64,000 bases of DNA from a virus, in IMG/VR virus record IMGVR_UViG_3300044712_002465, positions 2,502 through 66,501 of that record, one strand, 5' to 3'. Under the pieces are notes generated by a model that searched no databases, was not told the origin of the DNA, and worked only from the letters and a program-made list of their open reading frames with translations. Shown piece after piece: positions 45,537-54,488 of the stretch. Position 1 is the stretch's first letter. The number at the start of each line of letters is the position of its first letter. Both the position numbers and the translations under genes were made by a program.

Positions 45537-47186
45537 ATGAGCGGCAAGCGCCTCCAGTGGATCTTCGACCTGGTCGACCGGATGTCTCCGCAGTCGCGGA
45601 AGATGTCCAGAGCGCTCAGCCAGGTGGAGACGCGCCTCGAGCGGATCGACAAGGCGATCAAGCGGGCGGAGACCTCCGGAACCTTCAAGGGGGTCGCGAC
45701 CGGCGCCGACAAGGCGCGGTCCGCGGTCGAGCGCCTGGCGAAGGCGACGGAGCGCGCCCAGGCTGCCGCGTCCGCCGGCGGCGCCGGATCTCACCGGCGC
45801 CGAGGCATGTTCGGAGGGTGGCCCGGCAACATCCTCGGAACCTACTTCGGCGCCCAGATGGCGTGGAGCATGGCGAAGGGGCTCGGCTCCGTCGTCCTCG
45901 GCCCGCCTGCGAAGTTCATGCAGCAGGCCCTCGAAGCCGGCAGCTACACGGAGACGAACCGGATCGCGTTCCGGACGATCCTCGGCAGCGACACGAAGGC
46001 CGACGCCACGATGAAGGAGGCCGTCGCGTTCGCGGCGAAGACGCCGTTCACCACGAAGCAGACGATCGGCTGGTACAAGGACCTCCTCACCGGCGGCTTC
46101 AAGGCGAACGAGATCAGCCCCGTGCTGCAGGGCGTCGGCGACCTCGCGGCGCTGCGCGACTTCAACCCCGAGGTCCTCGAGCGCGTCCTCCTCGCCTTCC
46201 GCCAGATCAAGGCGAAGGGCGTGCTCCAGGGCGAGGAGCTCAGCCAGCAGCTCGCCGAGGCGGGCGTTCCCGTCGGCAAGGTCTACGAGAAGCTCTCGAA
46301 GCTGTACAAGATGCCCGTCCCCGAGGTGCTCAAGGCGATCACCGCGCGGCGCGTCTCCGCCGACACCGGCGTCTGGGCGGTCCTCGAGACGCTGAAGGAG
46401 CTCTCGGGCGGCAAGCTCGGCAACCTCATGGACCAGTTCTCGAGGACGCTCCCGGGGCTCTGGTCGACCCTCAAGTCGAGGCCGTTCGAGCTGCTCATGG
46501 GCATCGAGAAGTCGCCCGCGTTCGCGAAGTGGAAGGTCGCGCTTCAGAACGCGGTCGACGTCCTCGATCCCGAGTCCGCGTCGGGCCAGCGGATCATCAC
46601 GCGCGCGATGCAGATGTTCGACCGGATCACGGGCGGACTCGTCGACCGCTTCCAGAACAAGGACGCGGTCGAGGCGTGGGTGAACCGCCTGATCGACGGC
46701 TTCGAGCGGATGATCCCCGCCGCGGGGCGCCTCGCCGACACGACCGGCCGGATCGCCGCGAACCTCGACAAGGTCGGGACGGCCATGGACCTGTGGAGCT
46801 CCCCGGTCGACTTCATCGGGGGGAAGTGGCTCGTCGACCTCCGCCGCGCCAAGTCGGGCGGGGTGGAGACCGGCGAACGAGGCATGCGGTTCGCGCGGTA
46901 CCGCCAGCTCCTCGAGGCCGGCGGCTTCCTGGGCGGTGCGGAGGAGGCCGAGCTGGAGCAGCTCCGGCGCGAGTTCGGCGGCGGTGCGAGCTCGACGGCC
47001 AGGCCCACCCACAAGCGCGGCGCGGCCGTGGCAGGACCCGACAAGCTCTCCGCCACGATCCACGTGAACGTGCCGGGCGCCACCGCGGCGGACGCGGCGG
47101 CCGTGAAGGCGGCGGCGCGCGCGGGCGCGATGGAGGCGCTCGCCATGTTCGGCGACCAGCTCGCCCTCGAGGTCGGCGTCGGATGA
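45537..47186 (+). CDS. Tape measure protein
   Basis: FAAKTPF...QIKAKGVLQGEELSQQLAEAG...TLPGLWSTLK tape-measure domain. Confidence 0.88.
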   Translation: MSGKRLQWIFDLVDRMSPQSRKMSRALSQVETRLERIDKAIKRAETSGTFKGVATGADKARSAVERLAKATERAQAAASAGGAGSHRRRGMFGGWPGNILGTYFGAQMAWSMAKGLGSVVLGPPAKFMQQALEAGSYTETNRIAFRTILGSDTKADATMKEAVAFAAKTPFTTKQTIGWYKDLLTGGFKANEISPVLQGVGDLAALRDFNPEVLERVLLAFRQIKAKGVLQGEELSQQLAEAGVPVGKVYEKLSKLYKMPVPEVLKAITARRVSADTGVWAVLETLKELSGGKLGNLMDQFSRTLPGLWSTLKSRPFELLMGIEKSPAFAKWKVALQNAVDVLDPESASGQRIITRAMQMFDRITGGLVDRFQNKDAVEAWVNRLIDGFERMIPAAGRLADTTGRIAANLDKVGTAMDLWSSPVDFIGGKWLVDLRRAKSGGVETGERGMRFARYRQLLEAGGFLGGAEEAELEQLRREFGGGASSTARPTHKRGAAVAGPDKLSATIHVNVPGATAADAAAVKAAARAGAMEALAMFGDQLALEVGVG

Positions 47187-47830
47187 GCAACGCGCTCGCC
47201 AGGGCCATGGCCCGGTACACGTTCTGGGACCTCGCGCCGGACGGGGCGTTCGAGGACGCCGACTCGGGCCCGGGCTGGGCGCGGCCCGGCCCCTGGGAGT
47301 CGGTCCGCCTCGCCGACGTCGACCTCCCTGGGAAGTGCACGGTCCGATCGGGGAAGGGGAGGAAGCTCGAGGTCCACCAGGCGCAGGGCGCGAACGTCGA
47401 GCAGCTCAACGACCTCGGCGCCGAGACCGACGAGGTCCTCATCGTCTGCCAGATGTGGATGCCGGCGCACCTCGAGCGCTACGCCGACCTGGTGAAGGCC
47501 ATCGAGGTGAAGGGCGGGCCCCGGGGCAAGCCGCGCGCCCTGAAGATCGACCACCCCGGCCTCGCGCTCCTGGGCATCGACTCGATCTACGTCACGCACA
47601 TCACCGTCCCCGAGCCGGTGGGGAAGGGCGTGATGGAGTTCTCGGTCCGCGGGAGCGAGTTCAAGCCGGCGACCGGCCAGCCCGCGCTCCTGCCGAGCGG
47701 ACCCGGGATCGCCACCGTGCCCACGGCGATCAAGGTCGGGTCGGCAGCGACGTCCACCCTGGCGACTCCCGATCACGCGGCCGGCTCCACGCTCGCCAAC
47801 CGTCCACGCGTCACCGAGGTGAAGCCGTGA
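47183..47830 (+). CDS. Tail tube initiator / baseplate-associated protein
   Basis: ATGA overlap with TMP; LPGKCTV...IDHPGLALLGI. Confidence 0.6.
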   Translation: MSNALARAMARYTFWDLAPDGAFEDADSGPGWARPGPWESVRLADVDLPGKCTVRSGKGRKLEVHQAQGANVEQLNDLGAETDEVLIVCQMWMPAHLERYADLVKAIEVKGGPRGKPRALKIDHPGLALLGIDSIYVTHITVPEPVGKGVMEFSVRGSEFKPATGQPALLPSGPGIATVPTAIKVGSAATSTLATPDHAAGSTLANRPRVTEVKP

Positions 47831-48987
47831 GCCTCGTCCTCGCGAACGGCGAGCCGGTCGAGTCCGGGACGATCCGCCTCCCGCGCGTGGGCGCCTGGCA
47901 CGCGGACCTGGTGGTGCTGCGGGAGACCGCCGAGGCCATCGAGGGCCGAGTCGAGATCCGCATCGGCGAGGCGCTCTCGTTCGTGGGCACCGCGCGGCGG
48001 TCGGGCCCGGATCGCGGCGTCGTCCACGTGCGTGTCGTCGGCGGCGCCGGCGGGCTCGCGACGGAGCTCGGGCCGAAGGCCTACCAGGGCGTTCCGCTGC
48101 AGCTCCCTCTCCAGGACCTGGCGGGGGAGACGGGGGAGATGCTGTCGCCGGCGAGCTCGCCGGACCTCCTCGGCATCGTGCTGCCGTACTGGGCGCGCCC
48201 CGCCGGGCCGGCCGGCCGCGCCCTCGTGGCGCTCCTCGCCGCGGCTTCGGACGGCGCATGGCGCGTGCTGGCGGACGGGACGCTCTGGGTAGGGCGTGAG
48301 ACCTGGCCGCCCGCCGTCCTCGACGGCCTCGAGTACTCGACGCTCTCCCAGGCGCCCCAGTTCGGCACGGCGGAGATCGCCGCCCTCGACCCGCGCGTCT
48401 TCCCGGGCGAGACCCTCTCCGGCCGGCGCGTGTCCGTGGTGGAGCACCGCTTCTCGCCGGCGGGCATCCGGACGACCCTGCAGCTCGAGGACGCCTCGCT
48501 GGGGATCCTCGACCGCGTGAAGGAGGCGATCGGCGCCTACGTCCGCACCCTGTTCGCCCGGATCGACTTCTTCGCGGGCTACTGGTGCCGCGTGGTGGCC
48601 CAGAACGCGGACGGCAGCCTGGAGCTTCTCCCGGACGACGCCCGGATCCCGGGGCACTCGAACGTGCCGATCCGCTACCCGATCCCGGGGATGAAGCTCA
48701 GCGTCGCGCCGGGCGCGCGCGCCCTCCTCGAGTTCGCCGCCGGCGACCCCTCGAAGCCCTTCGTCTCGGCGTTCGAGTCGGGGACCGCGACGAAGCTCGA
48801 GGTGACGGCCACCGAGGTCGACGTCACCGCCCCCACGGTGAACGTGACCGCCACCACCGTCACGGTGAACGGCGGCCTCTTCCCCGTGGCGAAGGAGGGG
48901 AGCCCGCTCACGGGCACCGCCGGCCCCTTCGCGCTCAGCGGGACCGTCGCCGTGGGCGGCGGCTCCGCGGGAGTGAGGGTGCCCTGA
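47827..48987 (+). CDS. Baseplate hub-spike fusion protein
   Basis: PRVGAWHADL...WRVLADGTLWVG hub-like N-terminus; OB-fold-like segment and beta-repeat C-terminus (EVTATEVDVTAPTVNVTATTV). Confidence 0.65.
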   Translation: MSLVLANGEPVESGTIRLPRVGAWHADLVVLRETAEAIEGRVEIRIGEALSFVGTARRSGPDRGVVHVRVVGGAGGLATELGPKAYQGVPLQLPLQDLAGETGEMLSPASSPDLLGIVLPYWARPAGPAGRALVALLAAASDGAWRVLADGTLWVGRETWPPAVLDGLEYSTLSQAPQFGTAEIAALDPRVFPGETLSGRRVSVVEHRFSPAGIRTTLQLEDASLGILDRVKEAIGAYVRTLFARIDFFAGYWCRVVAQNADGSLELLPDDARIPGHSNVPIRYPIPGMKLSVAPGARALLEFAAGDPSKPFVSAFESGTATKLEVTATEVDVTAPTVNVTATTVTVNGGLFPVAKEGSPLTGTAGPFALSGTVAVGGGSAGVRVP

Positions 48988-49499
48988 TGCCCCGCCCCGA
49001 CGCCGGCGCCACCGACTGCTCCTCGGGCCTCGCGAAGCTGGTCTATGACCAGTGGCTCGGGGACACGACCCGCAACGGGCTGCAGGGGAACGCGGTCCCG
49101 GCCGACTGGCACGACATGGTGAAGTCCATCGCGTACGCCTACGCGAAGGGCGTCGCGGACGCGCTCCAGCACCAGGCGCGCGCGACGATCAACATAACGG
49201 CGGGCGGGCCGGGCAGCGCGGCGGTCAGCTCCGGGTCTAACATCTCGGGCGCCTCGATCCAGGCCAACGCTACGCTGGGGGTGCGCGTCGCGCGGCTCAC
49301 CTTCGCCACCGCGATGCCGGACACGGACTACGTCCCGGTGGTGACCCGCCAGTACCCGATCGGCAGCGTGGTGAGGCAGCTCTTCATCGTCACCAAGACC
49401 ACCACCTATTTCGAGGTCGCGTCGATGGGGACCGACGCCGGCGCGTGGACGAACGTCGACGAGGTCACGCAGCAGTTCGGCGTGATCGTGGACAGGTGA
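48987..49499 (+). CDS. Baseplate/tail-associated protein
   Basis: TGATG overlap; LTFATAMPDTDYVP fibre-like motif. Confidence 0.55.
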   Translation: MPRPDAGATDCSSGLAKLVYDQWLGDTTRNGLQGNAVPADWHDMVKSIAYAYAKGVADALQHQARATINITAGGPGSAAVSSGSNISGASIQANATLGVRVARLTFATAMPDTDYVPVVTRQYPIGSVVRQLFIVTKTTTYFEVASMGTDAGAWTNVDEVTQQFGVIVDR

Positions 49500-49503
49500 G
49501 CTC

Positions 49504-49890
49504 ATGGCGGACTTCGGCACCGACCTCTCAGCGATCGCAGGCCTCGACCCCGGGTTCACGCTCGTGTCGGGCCGCCGCGCTCTCGCCGAGGCGTCTCTTC
49601 GCCGCCTCACGACCCAGCGCGGGACGCTCTTCTACGCGCCGAACTACGGGACCGACGTCCGGGAGCTGCTCCTCGCTCGGCTCGACAGCGCGAAGCTCGC
49701 GGCATGGCGCTCGCGCATCGAGGCCGAGCTGCTCCAGGACGACCGGATCCTCGAGGTCGAGGCGGAGCTCACGCTGGATGCCGCAGCCGAGCGGCTGACG
49801 CTCGCCGTGCACGCGACCGACGGCGACGGACCGTTCAAGTTCACGCTGGCCGTCGACCGGGTCACGGCCGCGCTGCTGGGGGTGGGGTGA
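49504..49890 (+). CDS. Baseplate wedge protein (gp25/gpW-like)
   Basis: RRLTTQRGTLFYAPNYGTDV...ELLQDDRI. Confidence 0.8.
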   Translation: MADFGTDLSAIAGLDPGFTLVSGRRALAEASLRRLTTQRGTLFYAPNYGTDVRELLLARLDSAKLAAWRSRIEAELLQDDRILEVEAELTLDAAAERLTLAVHATDGDGPFKFTLAVDRVTAALLGVG

Positions 49891-49894
49891 GCGC

Positions 49895-51016
49895 ATGGCG
49901 ACCTTCGAGGAGCTGACGACCCCGACGACCGACGCGGAGGAGCTGAACGCCGCCCTGACCGAGCTCACCGCGCGCGGGTTCCCCGTCACGTCGTGGCGCG
50001 AGGGCGACGTCGCGCGGACCATCGTCCAGAACGACGCGCGGGCGCTCTCCGAGTACAGCACGCTGCGCCAGGCCATCGCCGCGGGAACCCTGCTCCGCGC
50101 CGCCCTCTCGCTCGGCCTTACCGAGTGGATCACCCTCCGCGCGAAGGAGGGATTCAACCTCGACCGGAACCTCGCCGTCGCCACGAAGGGCACGGTGAGG
50201 CTCACCGCGGCGGCCGAGGCCGGCCCCTACACGATCACCCCGGGCCAGCTCCGGTTCGCCTCCAGCAGCGGCCTCCGGTTCCAGAGCTCGAACACGGCGA
50301 ACGTGACCCTGGCGAAAGGCGGGACGCTCGACCTCGAGGTCCAGGCGGAGAGCCCGGGCGCGGCCTACAACGTCGCGAACGGGACGATCACGACCATGCT
50401 GACGCCCCTCGCCGGCGTCACGTGCTCGAACCCGAACCCTGGGAGCGGCACCTGGATCACCACGTCCGGGGTGGACCAGGAGTCGAACGCCTCGCTCGTC
50501 GCGCGCTGCGAGGCGCGGTGGCCCGAGTCCGGGTTCGGCTCGCCGGGCGCGTCCTACGAGCTCTGGGCGCGCACCGCCGACGCGACCATCACCCGCACGA
50601 AGGTCTCCGCCTCGGGCACGGTCGCCGGGCGGATCGACGTCTACGTCGCCGGCGCGGCCGGCCCGGTGGGCGCCGGCGCGGTCGCGGCGGCCCAGGCCTA
50701 CATCACCCCGCGGGCGCCGCTCGGGATCGCTCCGGTGGTCTCGAACGTGACCGCCACGGTCCTCTCCATCACCGCGACGCTCTACGGGAAGGCCCAGTAC
50801 GAGACCGCCGCCCTCGCCGCCGCGACCGCCGCGATCCAGGCGCTCGTCGCCGGCACCGCCATCGCCGGGACCATCTACGGCGCCGCCAAGATCGAGGCGC
50901 TCATGCTGCCCGAGGGCGTCGAGAACGCCGTGATCTCGGTCGGCGGCGGCGACACCGTGCTCACCGCGGGGCACGTCGCGACCCTCACCCTCTCGCTCTC
51001 CTGGGTCAACACGTAG
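49895..51016 (+). CDS. Baseplate J/gp47 protein
   Basis: VQAESPGAAYNV...GVDQESNASLVAR...YELWA...GRIDVYV. Confidence 0.88.
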   Translation: MATFEELTTPTTDAEELNAALTELTARGFPVTSWREGDVARTIVQNDARALSEYSTLRQAIAAGTLLRAALSLGLTEWITLRAKEGFNLDRNLAVATKGTVRLTAAAEAGPYTITPGQLRFASSSGLRFQSSNTANVTLAKGGTLDLEVQAESPGAAYNVANGTITTMLTPLAGVTCSNPNPGSGTWITTSGVDQESNASLVARCEARWPESGFGSPGASYELWARTADATITRTKVSASGTVAGRIDVYVAGAAGPVGAGAVAAAQAYITPRAPLGIAPVVSNVTATVLSITATLYGKAQYETAALAAATAAIQALVAGTAIAGTIYGAAKIEALMLPEGVENAVISVGGGDTVLTAGHVATLTLSLSWVNT

Positions 51017-51019
51017 GCC

Positions 51020-52330
51020 ATGCCGAACTTCGAGACCTACCAGACGGTGGACCTCGCGCCCGGTTGGCTCCAGGACCAGTGGGGCCGCGCGTTCCTCGGC
51101 GCTCTTGGCGCGCGGAAGGACGCGCACGTCGCGCTCCTCAAGGAGGCGGCGAAGTGCGGCATGCCGAGCCTCTGCCCCGTCGACGCCCTGGCGCTGCTCG
51201 GCGCGGAGCGGGGCATCGATCGGGGCCCGGCCGAGACCGAGGCGTCGTACCGAGGTCGCGTGCGGGCCGCGTGGGACACCTGGCGCTGGGCGGGAACGCC
51301 CTTCGGCCTCCTGGCCGCGTTCTACTGGGCGGGCTACCGCCCGACCTCGGGCAAGGTGGTCCTGCAGACGCAGGGCGACGCCGTCGCCGGCGGGAAGCAG
51401 TACGCGCTCCGCGACGACTTCGACCCCGTCCTCCACGATCCGAGCCTGCCGCCCGCCATCCGGACGAACCTTCTTCTGCGCTCGCAGGAGTTCAACGACG
51501 CCGCGTGGGGAAAGGCGAACGTCTCGACCACCCCGGACTCGACAGCAGCGCCGGACGGTTCGACGACTGCCGAAACCCTGACGAAGACAGCGAACGCGTT
51601 TGCTTCCGCCTACCAGACCTCGATCGTGGTGGACCAGGGGCAGACCTACACGGTCTCGGCGTACGTGAAAGCCGGGACGCTGGGGAGCGCCTCGCTTCGG
51701 ATCATCTCGGGAGCGAACGACGCGTCCCGAGTGGTCGACCTTGCCGGCGGAGCGATCATCCCGGGCGGGTCGAACAGCGGATTCGTCGCCGCGACCGCGA
51801 CCTCGGTCGGCAGCGGTTGGTGGCGCATCACCATGAGCGTGACGGCCGCCGCGGCGACAATGGCCGTCTACCTCTACCCCGGCGACCTTCGCGATGCCGT
51901 GGCCGGGTCGATCTACGGGTGGGGCGCGCAGCTCGAGACCGGCTCCAGCGCGACCGCGTACATCCCGACGGCGGGCACGACCGCGTGGGTGGACGACATC
52001 TCGCCGCTCGTGATCACCGACCTCGGCGTCGTCCACCTGGGCGGCGCGCCCGCCGAGCTCTGGCAGGACTTCGCCGTGCTCTTCGTGAACCCGCTCCCGC
52101 CCGCGTGGATCCCGACCCCGCCCGCGGACGGGTCGATCGAGGTCGACGGGATCCGCTCGCTCATCACCCGGTGGAAGCCGGGGCACGAGCGGTGCGTGAA
52201 GCTCGCGGTCGCCGGTGGACGCCTCCTCGGGTACCCCGTCGACGACACGTTCAACACCTACGCCGGGCAGACGATCGCGCAGGTCGGCGGCTCCGGCATC
52301 GCGGCGACGTGGACGCCGCCGGCAGGATAG
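51020..52330 (+). CDS. Baseplate wedge (P2 gpI-like) protein with inserted CBM-like domain
   Basis: DALALLGAERGI...ETEASYRGRV...WKPGHERC flanking RTNLLLRSQEF...WGAQLETGSSATAYIPT. Confidence 0.7.
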   Translation: MPNFETYQTVDLAPGWLQDQWGRAFLGALGARKDAHVALLKEAAKCGMPSLCPVDALALLGAERGIDRGPAETEASYRGRVRAAWDTWRWAGTPFGLLAAFYWAGYRPTSGKVVLQTQGDAVAGGKQYALRDDFDPVLHDPSLPPAIRTNLLLRSQEFNDAAWGKANVSTTPDSTAAPDGSTTAETLTKTANAFASAYQTSIVVDQGQTYTVSAYVKAGTLGSASLRIISGANDASRVVDLAGGAIIPGGSNSGFVAATATSVGSGWWRITMSVTAAAATMAVYLYPGDLRDAVAGSIYGWGAQLETGSSATAYIPTAGTTAWVDDISPLVITDLGVVHLGGAPAELWQDFAVLFVNPLPPAWIPTPPADGSIEVDGIRSLITRWKPGHERCVKLAVAGGRLLGYPVDDTFNTYAGQTIAQVGGSGIAATWTPPAG

Positions 52331-52339
52331 GAGAGGACC

Positions 52340-53155
52340 ATGGGCACCCCGTACACCGGCAACGACGCGACGATCACGGCGCACTCGGCCGCCACGGCGA
52401 CGCTCCCCGACGACACCGACCTGATCCAGTCGGAGACGTTCAAGATCGCGTACCGGAAGCTCCTCGACTACCTCGACTTCCTCCAGGCGCACGCCGCGCT
52501 CCTGAACGAGCTCGCCGTGTTCACGGCCGGGATGCAGATCAGCGCGGGCGACCTCGAGCTGACGCATGCCGCGATCCAGGCGATCCTCAAGGCCGGTGGT
52601 GGAGCGCTGCAGATCGGTACGAAGGCCGGGAACGCCTCCGACGTCGAGGTGGTCGTCAACGGCGTGGTGCGCCTCGCTGCGCTCGCCGCCGGAAACCTGG
52701 ACGCGAAGAGCCAGCGCATCATCAACGTGACCGACCCGACGGGCTCGCAGGACGCGGTCACGAAGACGTACGTGGACTCTCGGGCGGTGACGTCGATCGG
52801 GGGGGCGATCTCGTTCGGAACGGGCTGGAGCGACTCCACCCCAACGCCCTCGACGCTCGTTCGCGTGGGCAAGCTCGTGATGCTCGCCATGCCTGGCGTC
52901 GCGGCGGGTGGCGGATCGGTGTGGTCGTCCATCGCGACGCTCGCCGCGGGGTTCCGGCCCTACGCCCAAATCCAGGCCGCGTGCCAGATCCGAGACGTGA
53001 GCGCCTTCGCGGTCTACGAGGGCAACGCCACCATCGCTGTGGACGGTACCGTGTTGGTCCAGAACTACGTCAGCGGGAGTGGCGCGATCCAGGTCCCGTT
53101 CGCGATCGGAAACGGAGACATGGCCTGGATCTACGCGACGTTCCTCGCGGCCTAG
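52340..53155 (+). CDS. Short tail fibre protein
   Basis: RIINVTDPTGSQDAVTKTYVD fibre motif; C-terminal IATLAAGFRP receptor-binding-type domain. Confidence 0.75.
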   Translation: MGTPYTGNDATITAHSAATATLPDDTDLIQSETFKIAYRKLLDYLDFLQAHAALLNELAVFTAGMQISAGDLELTHAAIQAILKAGGGALQIGTKAGNASDVEVVVNGVVRLAALAAGNLDAKSQRIINVTDPTGSQDAVTKTYVDSRAVTSIGGAISFGTGWSDSTPTPSTLVRVGKLVMLAMPGVAAGGGSVWSSIATLAAGFRPYAQIQAACQIRDVSAFAVYEGNATIAVDGTVLVQNYVSGSGAIQVPFAIGNGDMAWIYATFLAA

Positions 53156-53448
53156 TAGCAGGTCGCGGACGACCGGTGGACCGCCGCGGTCCAGGCTCCG
53201 GACGCGTCCGGGCGCGCGAGCTGAACGATCGCCCAGCACGCCGGCGCGCCGTCGACGAGCACGCGCTCCCAGGAGCACCAGGCGTCCGTCGAGGACGCGC
53301 TGCCCTGGCCCGTCGGACTCCTGCACGTGTAGGTCGTACCGGCCACGGACCACAGGTCCTCGAGGCGAGGCCAGTCGGGCGCCGACTCCGAAGACCCGCC
53401 ACACGCCATCAGCGCCGCCGCCGCCATGCTCACGAGCACTCTCTTCAT
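53152..53448 (-). CDS. Lipoprotein moron (candidate superinfection exclusion)
   Basis: MKRVLVSMAAAALMA-C lipobox; opposite strand; upstream TTCACC-N17-TACCGT. Confidence 0.65.
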   Translation of the reverse strand: MKRVLVSMAAAALMACGGSSESAPDWPRLEDLWSVAGTTYTCRSPTGQGSASSTDAWCSWERVLVDGAPACWAIVQLARPDASGAWTAAVHRSSATCY

Positions 53449-53521
53449 GCCCTGGGACGGTAGCAGCACACGCGCGCGGGGTGAACCGTACGCACGGTCG
53501 CAACCCCGGGAGGCACCGGGC

Positions 53522-53812
53522 CTATCCCTTTCGGGCCCGGATGATCTCCCTCATCTCGGTGAGGATCTCGTACAGCCGAGCCTTCTTCTCGCGGGGCGCC
53601 GCGCGCCACCAGGCGAGCACCTCAGGAGCGAGCTCGTAGAACTCGCGCATCAGCTCCTCGACCCGTTGCGCCTCGGGGAGCAGCTGCTCCACGCGCAAGC
53701 CGGCGAACGCTGGCGGACCTTCGCCGCCGGCGCCGCGGGCGTCCGCACCGCAGAGGCGGCAGCGCAGGACACCGTCGGCCAGCTCGGCTGAGCACGCGGG
53801 GCAGCGGACCAC
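53522..53812 (-). CDS. Zinc-ribbon protein moron
   Basis: RCPACSAEL...CRLCG then helical domain; extended -10 TGGTAGGGT 7 nt upstream. Confidence 0.55.
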   Translation of the reverse strand: MVRCPACSAELADGVLRCRLCGADARGAGGEGPPAFAGLRVEQLLPEAQRVEELMREFYELAPEVLAWWRAAPREKKARLYEILTEMREIIRARKG

Positions 53813-53847
53813 GGGGCGAACCCTACCACCGACGGGTGGTCGGCCGC

Positions 53848-53877
53848 TTGCCACGCTCGGGGATCCCGTGCCAACGG
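53848..53877 (+). promoter_or_regulatory. Putative late promoter 4 (lysis/exported-fibre operon)
   Basis: TTGCCA-N12-CCGTGCCAACGG, GTG at 53883. Confidence 0.75.
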
Positions 53878-53882
53878 TGGCC

Positions 53883-54488
53883 GTGAGCCCCTTCCCCTGG
53901 TTCCCGATCGAGACGAACCCAGCGAAGAGAGGGGACTTCGCCGCTGGTCGGCGCCTGACCGCGGTCGACACGATCGTCCTGCACACGACCGAGGGCGGGA
54001 CCATCGCGGGGGCCAAGGAGTGGTGGGACCGCGAGGACGTGGTCGCCTCCGCCCACTTCATCATCGACGGGAAGCGGATCGTCCAGTGCGTCGCCGAGGG
54101 CGACACGGCGTACCACTGCGGCAACGGCAAGATGCACCGCCGTTCCGTCGGCGTCGAGGTCGTGGGGCACTGCGCCAACCCCGCGATGTGGACGGACGCG
54201 GTGGTGAAGCAGCTCGTCGAGCTCTGCGCCTACCTGGTCCGGAACCACCAGATCCCGATCCTCCACCAGGCGGGCCCGGGGATCTGCGGCCACTGCGACG
54301 TGCCGGATCCCTACCGCCCGGGCCTGTACGGGGGAGCGAGCCACCACACGGATCCGGGGAAGCACTTCCCCTGGGACCGCTTCCTGCTCGAGCTGCGCGC
54401 CGCCGACGCGCGCCTCCGGGCGGCGGCCGCCCCGTCCCCGAAGCCCCCGCCCGCGGCCGGGACCCCGCCGCCGAAGGAGACCCCATGA
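53883..54488 (+). CDS. Endolysin, N-acetylmuramoyl-L-alanine amidase (Amidase_2)
   Basis: IVLHTT...SAHFII...AYHCG...SVGVE...GHCDV...HTDPG..FPW. Confidence 0.92.
   Translation: MSPFPWFPIETNPAKRGDFAAGRRLTAVDTIVLHTTEGGTIAGAKEWWDREDVVASAHFIIDGKRIVQCVAEGDTAYHCGNGKMHRRSVGVEVVGHCANPAMWTDAVVKQLVELCAYLVRNHQIPILHQAGPGICGHCDVPDPYRPGLYGGASHHTDPGKHFPWDRFLLELRAADARLRAAAAPSPKPPPAAGTPPPKETP

Noticed and set aside
37907-53877. Reverse complement of the late motif contains TTGGCACG, like a sigma54 -24 box
   Set aside because: No TTGC -12 element at the required spacing in the copies checked; orientation and start-codon spacing favour the + strand reading
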